Shown piece after piece: positions 48,158 through 57,268 of a DNA stretch of 64,000 bases (positions within the stretch are counted from its first letter, which is position 1; every line of letters begins with the position of its first letter). Origin of the DNA: a virus (taxonomy: Duplodnaviria; Caudoviricetes). The DNA lies in IMG/VR virus record IMGVR_UViG_2908273394_000001, positions 27,198 through 91,197 of that record; one strand, written 5' to 3'. A program made the translations under genes and the position numbers. The notes under the pieces were generated by a model. It made no database searches, was not told where the DNA came from, and saw only the letters and a program-made list of their open reading frames with translations.

Positions 48158-49307
48158 CCGCTCGGACGTACGCCGCGGTGTCGGTGCGGCAGCTGGCCGC
48201 GGTGGTGGAGCGGGTCGCGCCCCGGGACCCGGCCGTGTGGGAGGCCCGGGCACCGGTGCCCGGGGTCGGGGGTGTGCCGGTCCAGGTGTCGGCGAATCGG
48301 GCTCTGCAGTTGTGGATGGTGGTGGGCATGTTCGACCGGGCGGTGGGGCGGGAGGAGATGCCGGACCGGGCGGGCAGGTCGGCGGAGCAGCTGTTCACGC
48401 GGCCGTCGCTGCGGGCGTTTTGGGGCCTGGCTGAGGCCGGGGAGCTGCGGCACTACGTGAAGGACGTCGGTAAGCCGTTGCCGGTGGCGACGTTGCGAGT
48501 TGTGCGGGACTGTCTGGGGATCCTGGCCAGCTTGGTGGTGCCGGAGAAGTCGGTGTGGCTGCCGGTGGTGGAGCAGCCGGAACTTCGGGAGACGGTGCCG
48601 GCGCGGGACCGTGCGGCGTTGTACCGGGGGTTGGCGGACATGGCGTCGTCCGCGCCGCTGGAGCGGGCGGGGATCGGTATGTCGGGGGCGGAGCGGGCGC
48701 GTCTGCTGGCGATGGTGGGGATTGTGCTGGATTCGGGGTGCCGGTCGGGGAGCTGGCTGCGCTGCGGCTGGCTGATGTGGCGGCCGGTGAGCGGGCGGTG
48801 GGTGTGCGGCGGCGGCCGCAGAAGGCTTCCCCGGGGCGGGTGGAGGAGATCGCGGCGCTCGCGCAGGTGCATCCGTCGGCGGTGGAGGCGATCCGGGCGG
48901 GGCATGTGCATCAGCGGTCGGAGGCGGTGCGGCAGCGGGTGTTGGCGGCGATTGCTGAGCTGGAGCCGTTGCCGGAGGTCGAGTGGTATGAGCTGCGTGA
49001 GGGGACGCGGGTGGCGTTGCGGCGGTGGCTGGAGGTGCGGCAGCGGGTGGTGGAGGCGTTGCCGTTGGCGGGTGGCCGTACGGCGCTGTGGGTGACGTTG
49101 CGGGCGTCGCAGGCCGGGCCGCCGGGGGTGACACTGCGGCCGCAGGGGGTGTGGAGGGCGTATGCGAAGGGTGTGACCGCGTTGAACTTTGTGATGGCCG
49201 GCCGGTATGGGTGGTCGCCGTTGCCGACGACGATGGAGCAGCTGCGGCGCGCGGTCGAGGCGGAGCCGCTGTCGGGTGAGCGGGTGGCCGAGCTGGTGTC
49301 GGCCTGA
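48154..49307 (+). CDS. Tyrosine-recombinase-fold protein lacking HxxR His and Tyr nucleophile (probable 1-nt deletion near 48747)
   Basis: LDSGCRSGELAALRLADV; LWV; ends PTTMEQLRRAV.. Confidence 0.65.
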
Positions 49308-49441
49308 CCCGGACGGCTGCTGTCGGCGGGCGCCGCGGCGGGCCGGGATTTACGGTCGTTGGGACACCTCCCACAGGACGGTTGGTGTGGTTCCCAGGTG
49401 GCCTCGCGTTCCTTCGCACGTGCGCGGGGCCGCTGCCATGT

Positions 49442-49645
49442 TCAGACTCCGGGCAGCGGGTCCTGGTCGACGTCGTGCTCGCGGGCCGCGCGCGGTGTGC
49501 GGTCGGGGTCGCAGTTGGGGCCGTATCCGGTGAGCCTGGATTCGGGGCTGGTGAGTTCGCGGCCGCAGCGCCGGCAGTACCGGTGGCGGTATCCGGTGAC
49601 GGGGTCGTCGACCAGGGTGGGTTGGTTCACGGGGCGTCGGGCCAT
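49442..49645 (-). CDS. DUF6011-like zinc finger protein
   Basis: CRRCGRELTSPESRLTGYGPNC. Confidence 0.75.
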   Translation of the reverse strand: MARRPVNQPTLVDDPVTGYRHRYCRRCGRELTSPESRLTGYGPNCDPDRTPRAAREHDVDQDPLPGV

Positions 49646-49774
49646 GAGTCCCATTGTTCCTGGCGGAAGAGGTGGCGCCCTGCCGAGCATTTCGGCTACG
49701 CTGCGCGTGCGCAATCTCTGTGACTTTGAAGGCCACCACCCGAGTTCGGGGCGGTGGCCTTCGGCGTATCCGGG

Positions 49775-50205
49775 TCAGGCGGCAGCGATGACTGCGCAGG
49801 AGACCAGGGGGGCTTCCGCTCCGCAGGTCTGGCACCAGAACTCGTCGGCCTCGTCTCCAAGGCTGATCTTGCGCCCATCGGTCCAGGCGGCGACCCGACT
49901 GCACTGAGGGCACTCGTACAGCGTCGCCCAGTCGGTGTGCCCCTTGTAGGTGTCCAGGGCGGCCATGGCGTTCTCGCGGTCGAGGAGGACAGGGTAGGCG
50001 TGCGTCTCGAGGTTCACGGGGCCGACGACTCCTGCGGCGAACAGCTCGACGAGGAGGGCCTGGGCGGTTTCAAAGCCGATGGAGATGCCGTCGTCCTGGT
50101 GGATGCGGCGGGCAACCATCGACGGCGATCCGTGGCGAGTCTCGGTGACGAGGATGGCGGCTGTCCGAAGCAGGTCGATGGTCCGGGGTGCGGGTGGGTG
50201 GTCAT
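49775..50205 (-). CDS. Stand-alone FtsK-gamma-like wHTH + Zn ribbon (probable 1-nt deletion near 50186)
   Basis: AAILV..SPSMVARR..IGFETAQALL..GVVGP; CPQC..CQTC. Confidence 0.65.
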
Positions 50206-50229
50206 GGCGCTCCTTGTCGGTGTCTGGGG

Positions 50230-50631
50230 TTAGGCGGCGAGGTCCGTGTCGGTCTGGGTGATGCGGCGTGCGGTGGGGAGGTAGTCGCGGCCGAGCTCGC
50301 GGGCGATGAGCTGGGCGGTGCTGCGGACCACGATGACGGCTCCGGCGGGGGTTGTTGCCTCCGGGCGGTCGAGGACGAACGCGATGCGGTGGCAGGTGTA
50401 CGACACGATCCGGTGGAGGAGGAAGCCGCGTGCGTCTGCGCGGAGGCGGCACATGGCGCGAACCTCGATGCGGCCGGACTTGGTGGTGCGGATGTCGTAC
50501 GGCTCGATGGTGCGGATCGTCTGGTCGCCGTTGTCGTCGAGGTAGGTGATCGTTACGGCGAACTTGCGGTCGAGGGCGCGGTAGAGGTCGGCCAGGGTGG
50601 CGGTGCTGGTCTGGCGGTTGGTGTGCTTCAT
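50230..50631 (-). CDS. Stand-alone WYL-domain protein
   Basis: VTITYLD..TIRTIEPY..AMCRLRADARGFLLHRI. Confidence 0.85.
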   Translation of the reverse strand: MKHTNRQTSTATLADLYRALDRKFAVTITYLDDNGDQTIRTIEPYDIRTTKSGRIEVRAMCRLRADARGFLLHRIVSYTCHRIAFVLDRPEATTPAGAVIVVRSTAQLIARELGRDYLPTARRITQTDTDLAA

Positions 50632-50662
50632 GGTGTCCCCCTGGTCTCTGTGGTGTGCCTCC

Positions 50663-50772
50663 ACACTACCCATAACCCATTGCGCATGCAATAGGTTATG
50701 GGTAGTGTTCTTCCTGCCGGGACGCACCTGCTCCCGACACACCACAGACATGTCCCATTGCGCACGCAATGG
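50663..50772. promoter_or_regulatory. 46-bp palindrome plus related 18-bp palindrome (divergent operator region)
   Basis: 21-bp arms 20/21 matched at 50663-50708; CCATTGCGCACGCAATGG at 50755-50772. Confidence 0.8.
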
Positions 50773-50865
50773 AACAGAAGGGAGACTGGCATGCGTCATG
50801 CCCGTACCCGCCCGCCGGCGGCCCCCCGCCGGAACATCGGGCACCCCCCGAAGGGACCCCGAACC

Positions 50866-51360
50866 GTGCCCTCCAAGAAGGACACCCAGCTCCTCGCCAA
50901 CCTGCGCGCTGCCTCCACCCGCCTCACCGAAGTCGGCGCCCCCGAACTGGCCGCCGCCGTCGACGAGGTGCTCACCCCCGGCGGCTGGGGCCGACTGCGG
51001 CACGCCACCGAGGCCGGCACCGCGGCCCCGAACGTGCCCATCCACATGCCCCTCGTGCTGCGTGCTGCGATCCAGAACGCCAGCGCCTCCGTACCGAAGG
51101 ACGTCGCCGAGGGCCTGGAGGCGTTCATCGCCGGCACGTTCTCCCCGGCCGCCGGCGCGCACCGGGCCCGCCGCAACACGGGCCTGGAGACCGGCAACCT
51201 CAACGTCCGCGTCGACGCCGATCTCAGGGCCCGGTTCCTGGACGCCGTCGAGGCGCGCGAGAGCGAGCTCGGCTACCGGCCGGCCCTCAGCCACGTCGCG
51301 AAGGCCTGGCTGATCGAGAAGTACGACATCGCACCGGTCGAGAAGCTCGCCGAGGCGTAG
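50866..51360 (+). CDS. Tandem ribbon-helix-helix-like regulator
   Basis: NVPIHMPLVLRAAI and NLNVRVDADLRARF..LSHVAKAWL. Confidence 0.65.
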   Translation: MPSKKDTQLLANLRAASTRLTEVGAPELAAAVDEVLTPGGWGRLRHATEAGTAAPNVPIHMPLVLRAAIQNASASVPKDVAEGLEAFIAGTFSPAAGAHRARRNTGLETGNLNVRVDADLRARFLDAVEARESELGYRPALSHVAKAWLIEKYDIAPVEKLAEA

Positions 51361-51442
51361 CCCGGCCGCGGCAGCGGGCCTGGACGCCGACAACCGGGCC
51401 CTCTTGCCGCCGTAGTACAGCCACAACCCCATAGGAGACCTC

Positions 51443-52462
51443 ATGGCCACGGCCACCGAGGCCCCCGCCAGCATCACGGCGGAGGGCCCGACCCAGCACG
51501 TCCCGAACCAGGACCACCCCAGCGTGTACGTCCTGATGTCTCGCGTCATGGCGGACGTGAAGAACGTCGCCAAGAACGGGCGGAACGCCTCCCAGAACTA
51601 CAACTTCCGCGGGGTCGACGACTTCATCGGCGCCCTCGCACAGCCGCTCCGCGAACACGGGGTGGTCATGTTGCCCGAGGTCCTCGACTTCCAGCCCTCT
51701 GTCCGCGGGAAGATGAACGCCGTCCACATGCGCGTCGCCTTCCACTTCATCGGCCCGGCTGGCGACAGGGTCACAGCGATCACCCTCGGCGAGGCATCGG
51801 ACGTGGCCGACAAGGCGTCCAACAAGGCCATGTCGGCCGCGCTGAAGTACGCGCTCCTCCAGACCTTCATGATCCCGGTCGACGCTGGGGCACTGGACGA
51901 CGGCGACCGCGACCACCCTGTGGGCCAGCGGTCCCCGGCCGACGCCTACATGGAGCGGCTGCGGAAGCCCGCCGTCTGGAACAACGTCAACGCGCTGCTC
52001 GGTTTGCACGCCGAGGCCAAGGCCGACGGTCTGCTCAACTCCACCGTGTCGGGTCCCGACGGCGACATCGCGCTCGGGGACCTCCTGGTAGCGCGGGGCA
52101 AGGAGCTGAAGGCCGAGGCCGCGCAGCGCGAGGAGCGCAGGGCGAAGGAAGCACCGCAGGTCGCCGCTCAGGTGGCGGCCGAGCACGGCGTTGCCACCAC
52201 GCACGACCGGGCTGACGCGCCGACCAAGGAGGATCGCAACGCCCACGTCCAGCGGCTCATGGCGCAGGTGGCCGATCGGAACTGCTGGAACAGCCCCGAC
52301 GCCTTGCGGCAGATCAAGGGCGATGCCGAGGCCCATCACGTCTTCGACGAGCAGGTGCAGGGACCGCAGGGCGCGTGGATGCCGATGCGAACTCTGGTCA
52401 CCGTCCGCATTACCGAGCTGGAGCAGGCCGCCGAGGAACGGAACGAGAGGAGCGCCGCCTGA
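51443..52462 (+). CDS. erf: ERF-family single-strand annealing protein
   Basis: KNGRN..YNFRGVDD..DKASNKAMSAALKYALLQTF. Confidence 0.85.
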   Translation: MATATEAPASITAEGPTQHVPNQDHPSVYVLMSRVMADVKNVAKNGRNASQNYNFRGVDDFIGALAQPLREHGVVMLPEVLDFQPSVRGKMNAVHMRVAFHFIGPAGDRVTAITLGEASDVADKASNKAMSAALKYALLQTFMIPVDAGALDDGDRDHPVGQRSPADAYMERLRKPAVWNNVNALLGLHAEAKADGLLNSTVSGPDGDIALGDLLVARGKELKAEAAQREERRAKEAPQVAAQVAAEHGVATTHDRADAPTKEDRNAHVQRLMAQVADRNCWNSPDALRQIKGDAEAHHVFDEQVQGPQGAWMPMRTLVTVRITELEQAAEERNERSAA

Positions 52463-54156
52463 TGCCCATCAAGTCGAAGGCCACCCGCACCGCCACCCAC
52501 CGGCCGGCCACGAAGCGCCGACGGTTCCGCCACGACGAGTACGTCGCCGTTGACCTCTTCTCCGGCTTCGGAGGCCTCACCGAAGGCATCAAGCGGGCCG
52601 GGTTCACCACGATCATGGCGGCGAACCACAACGCGTACAAGGTCGAGGTCCACGAGGCGAACCATCCTGAGGCCGAGCACTGGATCGCCGACCTGGTCGA
52701 CCCCGAGGCTGCGGACTACCACTCCGCCCGCGACCTTCCTCCTGCGGACCTGCTGGTCGCCGGGGTGAGCTGCGTGAACCACTCGCAGGCCAACACGACC
52801 AAGGCGTATGCGCAGGGGCTGTCCCTGTTCAGCATGGACGACCCCGACTACGAGGACCGGGTGACCCGTTCCGAGCGGGACCGGGCGACCGCGAACTGCG
52901 TTCTGCACTACGCGCAGACGCACCGGCCGCGGCTGATCCTCGTGGAGTGCACCACCGAGCTCCAGTCGTGGGGACCGCTCCTGCCGGGCAGCAAGAAGAT
53001 CGGCGACGGCAGTACCTACCGGTGGTGGCTCAAGCAGTTCGACCTGCTCGACTACAACCACCGGGTCCTGTTCCTGAACTCCCAGTTCTTCGGGGTTCCG
53101 CAGTCCCGCAACCGCGGCTACTGGGTGTTCGTGCACAAGTCGCTGCCGATGCCGGACCTGGAGCACCGGCCGGTGTCCCGTTGCCACCGCTGCGATAAGG
53201 ACGTGGAGGCGGTCTGGACCTGGCGCACGGGGATCCCGCCGACCGGGAAGGTCGCCTATGGCGAGCAGTACGAGTACCGGTGCCCGTCATGCCGGACCCG
53301 CGTCGAGCCGCCGGCCACGCCGTCCCTCGCCGCGCTCGACCTCAGCGACCTCGGTACCCGCATCGGCGATCGGCCGGTCAAGGAGTTCAAGGACGGCCAC
53401 CGCGGGCCGTTCGCCGCGTCGACGACCGCCCGCATCGAGCGGTGCCGCCAGAAGTTCGCCGACTTCCCGGCGATCCTGATGCCCGCGAAGGGCGTGCACG
53501 GCTCGGAGCGGCTGCTGCTGCAGCCGCTGGCGACGCAGACGAGCCAGCAGGAGGCGGCTCTCCTGTCGGCCGGCCCAGGGCTGTGGGAGGAGGCGGCGCT
53601 CGCGCTCGCCGTCGACAACTACCAGGGCGCCCCACGCGGCGCGAACGACCCGCTGCCCACCCAGGTCGGGTCCGAGACCCTCGCCGTCGTTTCCTCCGGG
53701 GTCATCCCCTACCGGAAGCACACCGTGCCCGCAGTGCACATGGAACCCATGTCGACGTTCACCGCAGAACAGATCCCCGGCGTGCTCACCGCGGCCGGCT
53801 GGTTCAAGCAGAACGGGCCCACCGGCACCGAGACCGCGGCCCACCCGATCACCGACCCGCTCGGCACACTCACCTCCCGCGACACCACAGCGCTCCTCAC
53901 CGCCCGGTGGGGGCCCGCGCTGTCGCAGGTGCCGTTCGAGGAGTGCTTCTACCGCATGATGTCCGCCCCCGAGATCGGCCGCGGCTGCGGGTTCGACGTC
54001 GACTTCCGCGAATACACCGGCACCTTCACCGTGTGGGGCACCGCCCGCGACCAGGTCGACGGCTTCGGCAACGCCGTCTCCCCCCAGGTCGGCACCTGGA
54101 TCGGGGAACGCCTCCGCGCCGTCATCCACACCTCCCAGGTCGCAGAAGCGGCCTGA
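52462..54156 (+). CDS. C5 cytosine DNA methyltransferase with Zn ribbon insert
   Basis: DLFSGFGG, GVSC, QSRNR, GNAVSP; CHRC..CPSC. Confidence 0.85.
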   Translation: MPIKSKATRTATHRPATKRRRFRHDEYVAVDLFSGFGGLTEGIKRAGFTTIMAANHNAYKVEVHEANHPEAEHWIADLVDPEAADYHSARDLPPADLLVAGVSCVNHSQANTTKAYAQGLSLFSMDDPDYEDRVTRSERDRATANCVLHYAQTHRPRLILVECTTELQSWGPLLPGSKKIGDGSTYRWWLKQFDLLDYNHRVLFLNSQFFGVPQSRNRGYWVFVHKSLPMPDLEHRPVSRCHRCDKDVEAVWTWRTGIPPTGKVAYGEQYEYRCPSCRTRVEPPATPSLAALDLSDLGTRIGDRPVKEFKDGHRGPFAASTTARIERCRQKFADFPAILMPAKGVHGSERLLLQPLATQTSQQEAALLSAGPGLWEEAALALAVDNYQGAPRGANDPLPTQVGSETLAVVSSGVIPYRKHTVPAVHMEPMSTFTAEQIPGVLTAAGWFKQNGPTGTETAAHPITDPLGTLTSRDTTALLTARWGPALSQVPFEECFYRMMSAPEIGRGCGFDVDFREYTGTFTVWGTARDQVDGFGNAVSPQVGTWIGERLRAVIHTSQVAEAA

Positions 54157-54207
54157 CAACCCGCGCACCACGGCGGGACCCATCCACCCCTTCTTGGAGG
54201 CCCCGCC

Positions 54208-54480
54208 GTGGACCACCCGCTCGTACTCACCTTCTACGGACTCACCGCCGTCGCCCTCGGCTACTGCATCGCCGAGTCCCTCCACCACCGCCGCACCCGG
54301 CACCGCAGCGCCGCCCAGCGCCTCATCAGCGCCGCCGACGAACGCGACATCGCCGCCTTCCGCGCCCAGATCGAACACCACGACACCACGCAGGCCGTCA
54401 TCGCCGCCGCCACCCAGGTCGTCGACGACGCCCTCGCCCGCCATACCCACCCACGAAAGGAAGGGGGACCCACCCCATGA
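54208..54480 (+). CDS. Small membrane-anchored protein
   Basis: GGAGG RBS, N-terminal hydrophobic helix. Confidence 0.6.
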   Translation: MDHPLVLTFYGLTAVALGYCIAESLHHRRTRHRSAAQRLISAADERDIAAFRAQIEHHDTTQAVIAAATQVVDDALARHTHPRKEGGPTP

Positions 54481-55309
54481 ACGCGAGGCACGCACTCACC
54501 GAGCACCGCCACTACGCCTACCGCGGGTGCGCCCCCGACCCCGACCAGCCCACCCAGTCCGCCGCCGACCCCAACCTTCCGCTGGATGCGTGGACCACCA
54601 GCACCGTCGACGGCGGCCTACCGCAGCGCGAACGCGTGGAGCAGCAGAAGGCGGCGCGGGCGATCTGTGGCCGCTGCCCGGTCCTGGACGCCTGCCGCGC
54701 GTACGGCAACATCGCAATCCCGGGCGGCGGCCTGGTTGAGCCGGTCGGGATCTGGGGCGGGCAGACCGCCCTGAACCGGCACCGCGCGCTGATCGCCCTG
54801 CGCACCGCGCAGCCGGCCACCGCCGAACCCGCGCCGTCCCCGGGGCGGATCGCGGAAGCCGGGACCGTCGCCAAGCTGCGCGTGCTGCGCGCGCTCGCGC
54901 GCGAGACGGACACCGAACTCGTCGCCTACCGCGCCGGGATGGACGTCCGTACCGCGAACTGGCACAGAGCGAACCTATGCACACTCCTCGGCCTGGACAA
55001 GGAGACCACCACCCGCGAGCAGCTCCTCGGTGTGGCGAAGGCGAACCGGCTGCTGCCCGCGAACGTGCGGATCGTCCCGGACGGCCGCTGGCCGATCGCC
55101 GCCGGCCCCACCACCGACGGCGCCCGGCAACGCCGCCTCGCCCCGGACAGCCCGTCCCCCTCACGCTGCCCGTCCTGCCCCACCCCCGCACCACGACCAC
55201 CACCGTGACCGCCCGACCGGCCCGGCCACGACCCGCACCCACCCAGGCCGCCCCCCTCCGGCCCATCCAGCTCGCTCTGCCCGTCCGCCCCCTGGAGACC
55301 GCACCATGA
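54477..55309 (+). CDS. WhiB-family regulator with C-terminal HTH (probable 1-nt deletion near 55152)
   Basis: C..ICGRCPVLDAC..GIWGG; ETDTELVAYRAGMDVRTANWH. Confidence 0.8.
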
Positions 55310-55779
55310 CCACCCCGCCCGACACCCACACGGTCGACCAGGCCCTCGCCCAACGCTGCGCCTCCTCCGGCGAGTACATCGCCGGCCTCCTTGCCGCCGC
55401 CATGCTCGACGTGGTCGGCCAGCCCGAGAAGCTGCCCGCTCTCCTGCTCCCCGACCTCGACCCCGCCGTAGTCGACCGTGTCTGGAACATCGCCCTGCCC
55501 GTGGGCGTCCGCCTCGGCGGCCTTGCCAGAAACCCGCGCTGGGCGCCCGACGCCCTCCGTGAGCACAAGGCCGCCCTTTCCGACGCCGGATACGACGCCA
55601 TGGCCCGCCTCGCCGCCCGCTCCGCCAACACCACCGACCCGCACCCCGCCGACACCGAACCCGTAAAGGCCGCCCTTTCCGACGCCGGATACGACGCCAT
55701 GGCCCGCCTCGCCGCCCGCTCCGCCAACACCACCGACCCGCACCCCGCCGACACCGAACCCGTACGGGAACACCCGTGA
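55306..55779 (+). CDS. Hypothetical protein with in-frame 33-aa duplication
   Basis: GGAG RBS, ATGA coupling. Confidence 0.65.
   Translation: MTTPPDTHTVDQALAQRCASSGEYIAGLLAAAMLDVVGQPEKLPALLLPDLDPAVVDRVWNIALPVGVRLGGLARNPRWAPDALREHKAALSDAGYDAMARLAARSANTTDPHPADTEPVKAALSDAGYDAMARLAARSANTTDPHPADTEPVREHP
55567..55764 (+). repeat. Perfect 99-bp tandem duplication
   Basis: 55567-55665 equals 55666-55764. Confidence 0.9.
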
Positions 55780-56207
55780 CCGCCCGCCCGGGCCGCGGCC
55801 GACCAGCCGTCTTCGCTGCAGACGTACAGGCCCAGTTCCTCGACCTCGTCGCAGCCGGCGTCCATCTCGGCGAAGCCGCCCGCAAGGTCGGCATCCACCA
55901 CAACGTCCCCTCCTACCACGCCCGCACCAACGAGACCTTCGCCGCAGACCTCGCCGACGCCAAGGACCGCGGCAGGCAGGCGCGCATCGAGAAACGCGGC
56001 CACGACGAGTACCGCTACAACGTCCTCGGGTGCCGGTGCCCGAAGTGCCGGGCCGCGGCCACCAAGGCGCGTACCGGCCGACGAGCCGAAGCCGACACCC
56101 AACAGGCACCCGACGAGGCAGGCGAACACCCCGCCCCCGGCCCGGAATCCCCCACTTCCTTTTTGCTGCCTCGTCTTTCGTCCTGGACAGGACAGCAGGC
56201 CGCCTGA
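55776..56207 (+). CDS. HTH protein with H..Y..CRCxxC zinc motif
   Basis: FLDLVAAGVHLGEAARKVGI; GHDEYRY..GCRCPKC. Confidence 0.7.
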   Translation: MTARPGRGRPAVFAADVQAQFLDLVAAGVHLGEAARKVGIHHNVPSYHARTNETFAADLADAKDRGRQARIEKRGHDEYRYNVLGCRCPKCRAAATKARTGRRAEADTQQAPDEAGEHPAPGPESPTSFLLPRLSSWTGQQAA

Positions 56208-56240
56208 GCACATTATTTCTTGTGAAAAGTTATAGGACAC
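56205..56240 (-). repeat. 36-bp inverted repeat, right copy
   Basis: Exact reverse complement of 45174-45209; begins with the TGA stop of the upstream gene. Confidence 0.95.
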
Positions 56241-56460
56241 CGTCTCGCGCCCGTACGGATGTCCGATGAGCTGCATATCTGATGACAAGTCGACTCGTAC
56301 GACACGTTCGGAAGGAAGGTGGTGGAGTGGTGAGCTCAACGAGTAGGCTGCGCCTTGCGCCAGACGACCACTCAGGTCCACGGCGTGAGCAAGACAGCAG
56401 AACGGCCTCGCTCCCCTGGCTGGTAACCAGGATCGACGCGAGGCCGGTGCCGAAGGCAGT

Positions 56461-56958
56461 TTGCAAGAACTCCTACGGCTGGCCGCCAACCTTCAACGAC
56501 AAAGGCGACGACATGGCGAAGCGTACCCGCCCACCTGGGCGATCAGACAGTGGGACCCGAGACTCCGGCGTGAACATCACACCACCGCCGTCGAGTACGG
56601 GCCCTGTCACCACTACCCACACCAGCCGATGAGCGGCACGGCCGAGGAGTACTCGGCCGACTTCCGCCTGGCTCAGGTTCGAGCCATCCGCGAGTTGCTC
56701 GCTGGTCGATCCGACGACGAGATGATCCGCGTCGGTGACGTACACAAGGCACTGAGCAACCCCACGCACGAGTTCGCGGTCGACCTGATGACGCCTGGAC
56801 CACGCGAACTCCTGGACCTGGTGCGGCGCGCTATCAAGCAGCGTGTGGCCGGAGAACTGACCAGCGCCCAGACCCTCATGACCATCCAGGGCCTGACCCA
56901 GATTTCTGTGCCTGCTCCGGCGCAGACCCCACCGACTGATGGAGATCAAGTGACGTAG
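56461..56958 (+). CDS. Hypothetical protein (start uncertain)
   Basis: Helical C-terminal 109 aa from ATG 56629 is the best-supported part. Confidence 0.5.
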   Translation: MQELLRLAANLQRQRRRHGEAYPPTWAIRQWDPRLRREHHTTAVEYGPCHHYPHQPMSGTAEEYSADFRLAQVRAIRELLAGRSDDEMIRVGDVHKALSNPTHEFAVDLMTPGPRELLDLVRRAIKQRVAGELTSAQTLMTIQGLTQISVPAPAQTPPTDGDQVT

Positions 56959-57268
56959 CGACTTCCTAAGCGGGAGGTCTCCCGCTCCCTTGCCGGGGAG
57001 CGCTTCCTCTACCGCTGGCCGCTGACCGTCTGATGGGTTGCCGCCCATCGGCCGGATTCACGGCCTCCTACCACGACTCAGCTTGCCGGCCGAGTCAAGG
57101 CCCATCGGGTGCCACCCCGAGGGCGAACTAACAGGTTCTGCCAGAACCAAGCACCCACCGAAGCGGGGCCCTTTTGTCTCCGCACCTAGAGAACGGAACG
57201 GGTACATAGTGCAGTACGCGCACACCTCTTGTCAGCTTCCGCGCGCCCGCACGGGCGTTTCGCGGCCT

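Noticed and set aside
50663-50708. Protelomerase (telRL-like) site
   Set aside because: Centre GCAT is not self-complementary, no protelomerase is recognisable, and a related shorter site nearby favours an operator
8133-55309. About 12 frameshifts suggesting a decaying prophage or phase variation (near 8181, 11950, 12341, 12362, 16322, 27940, 28508, 30346, 42123, 48747, 50186, 55152)
   Set aside because: All are repaired by adding one base to a short C or G run and no in-frame nonsense mutations were seen; this is the signature of homopolymer sequencing error. Needs read-level confirmation.
45175-56239. DDE transposon with TGT..ACA ends and a CCG 3-bp flanking duplication
   Set aside because: No DDE transposase inside, content is core phage early genes, and CCG is a likely chance match in GC-rich DNA; not fully excluded
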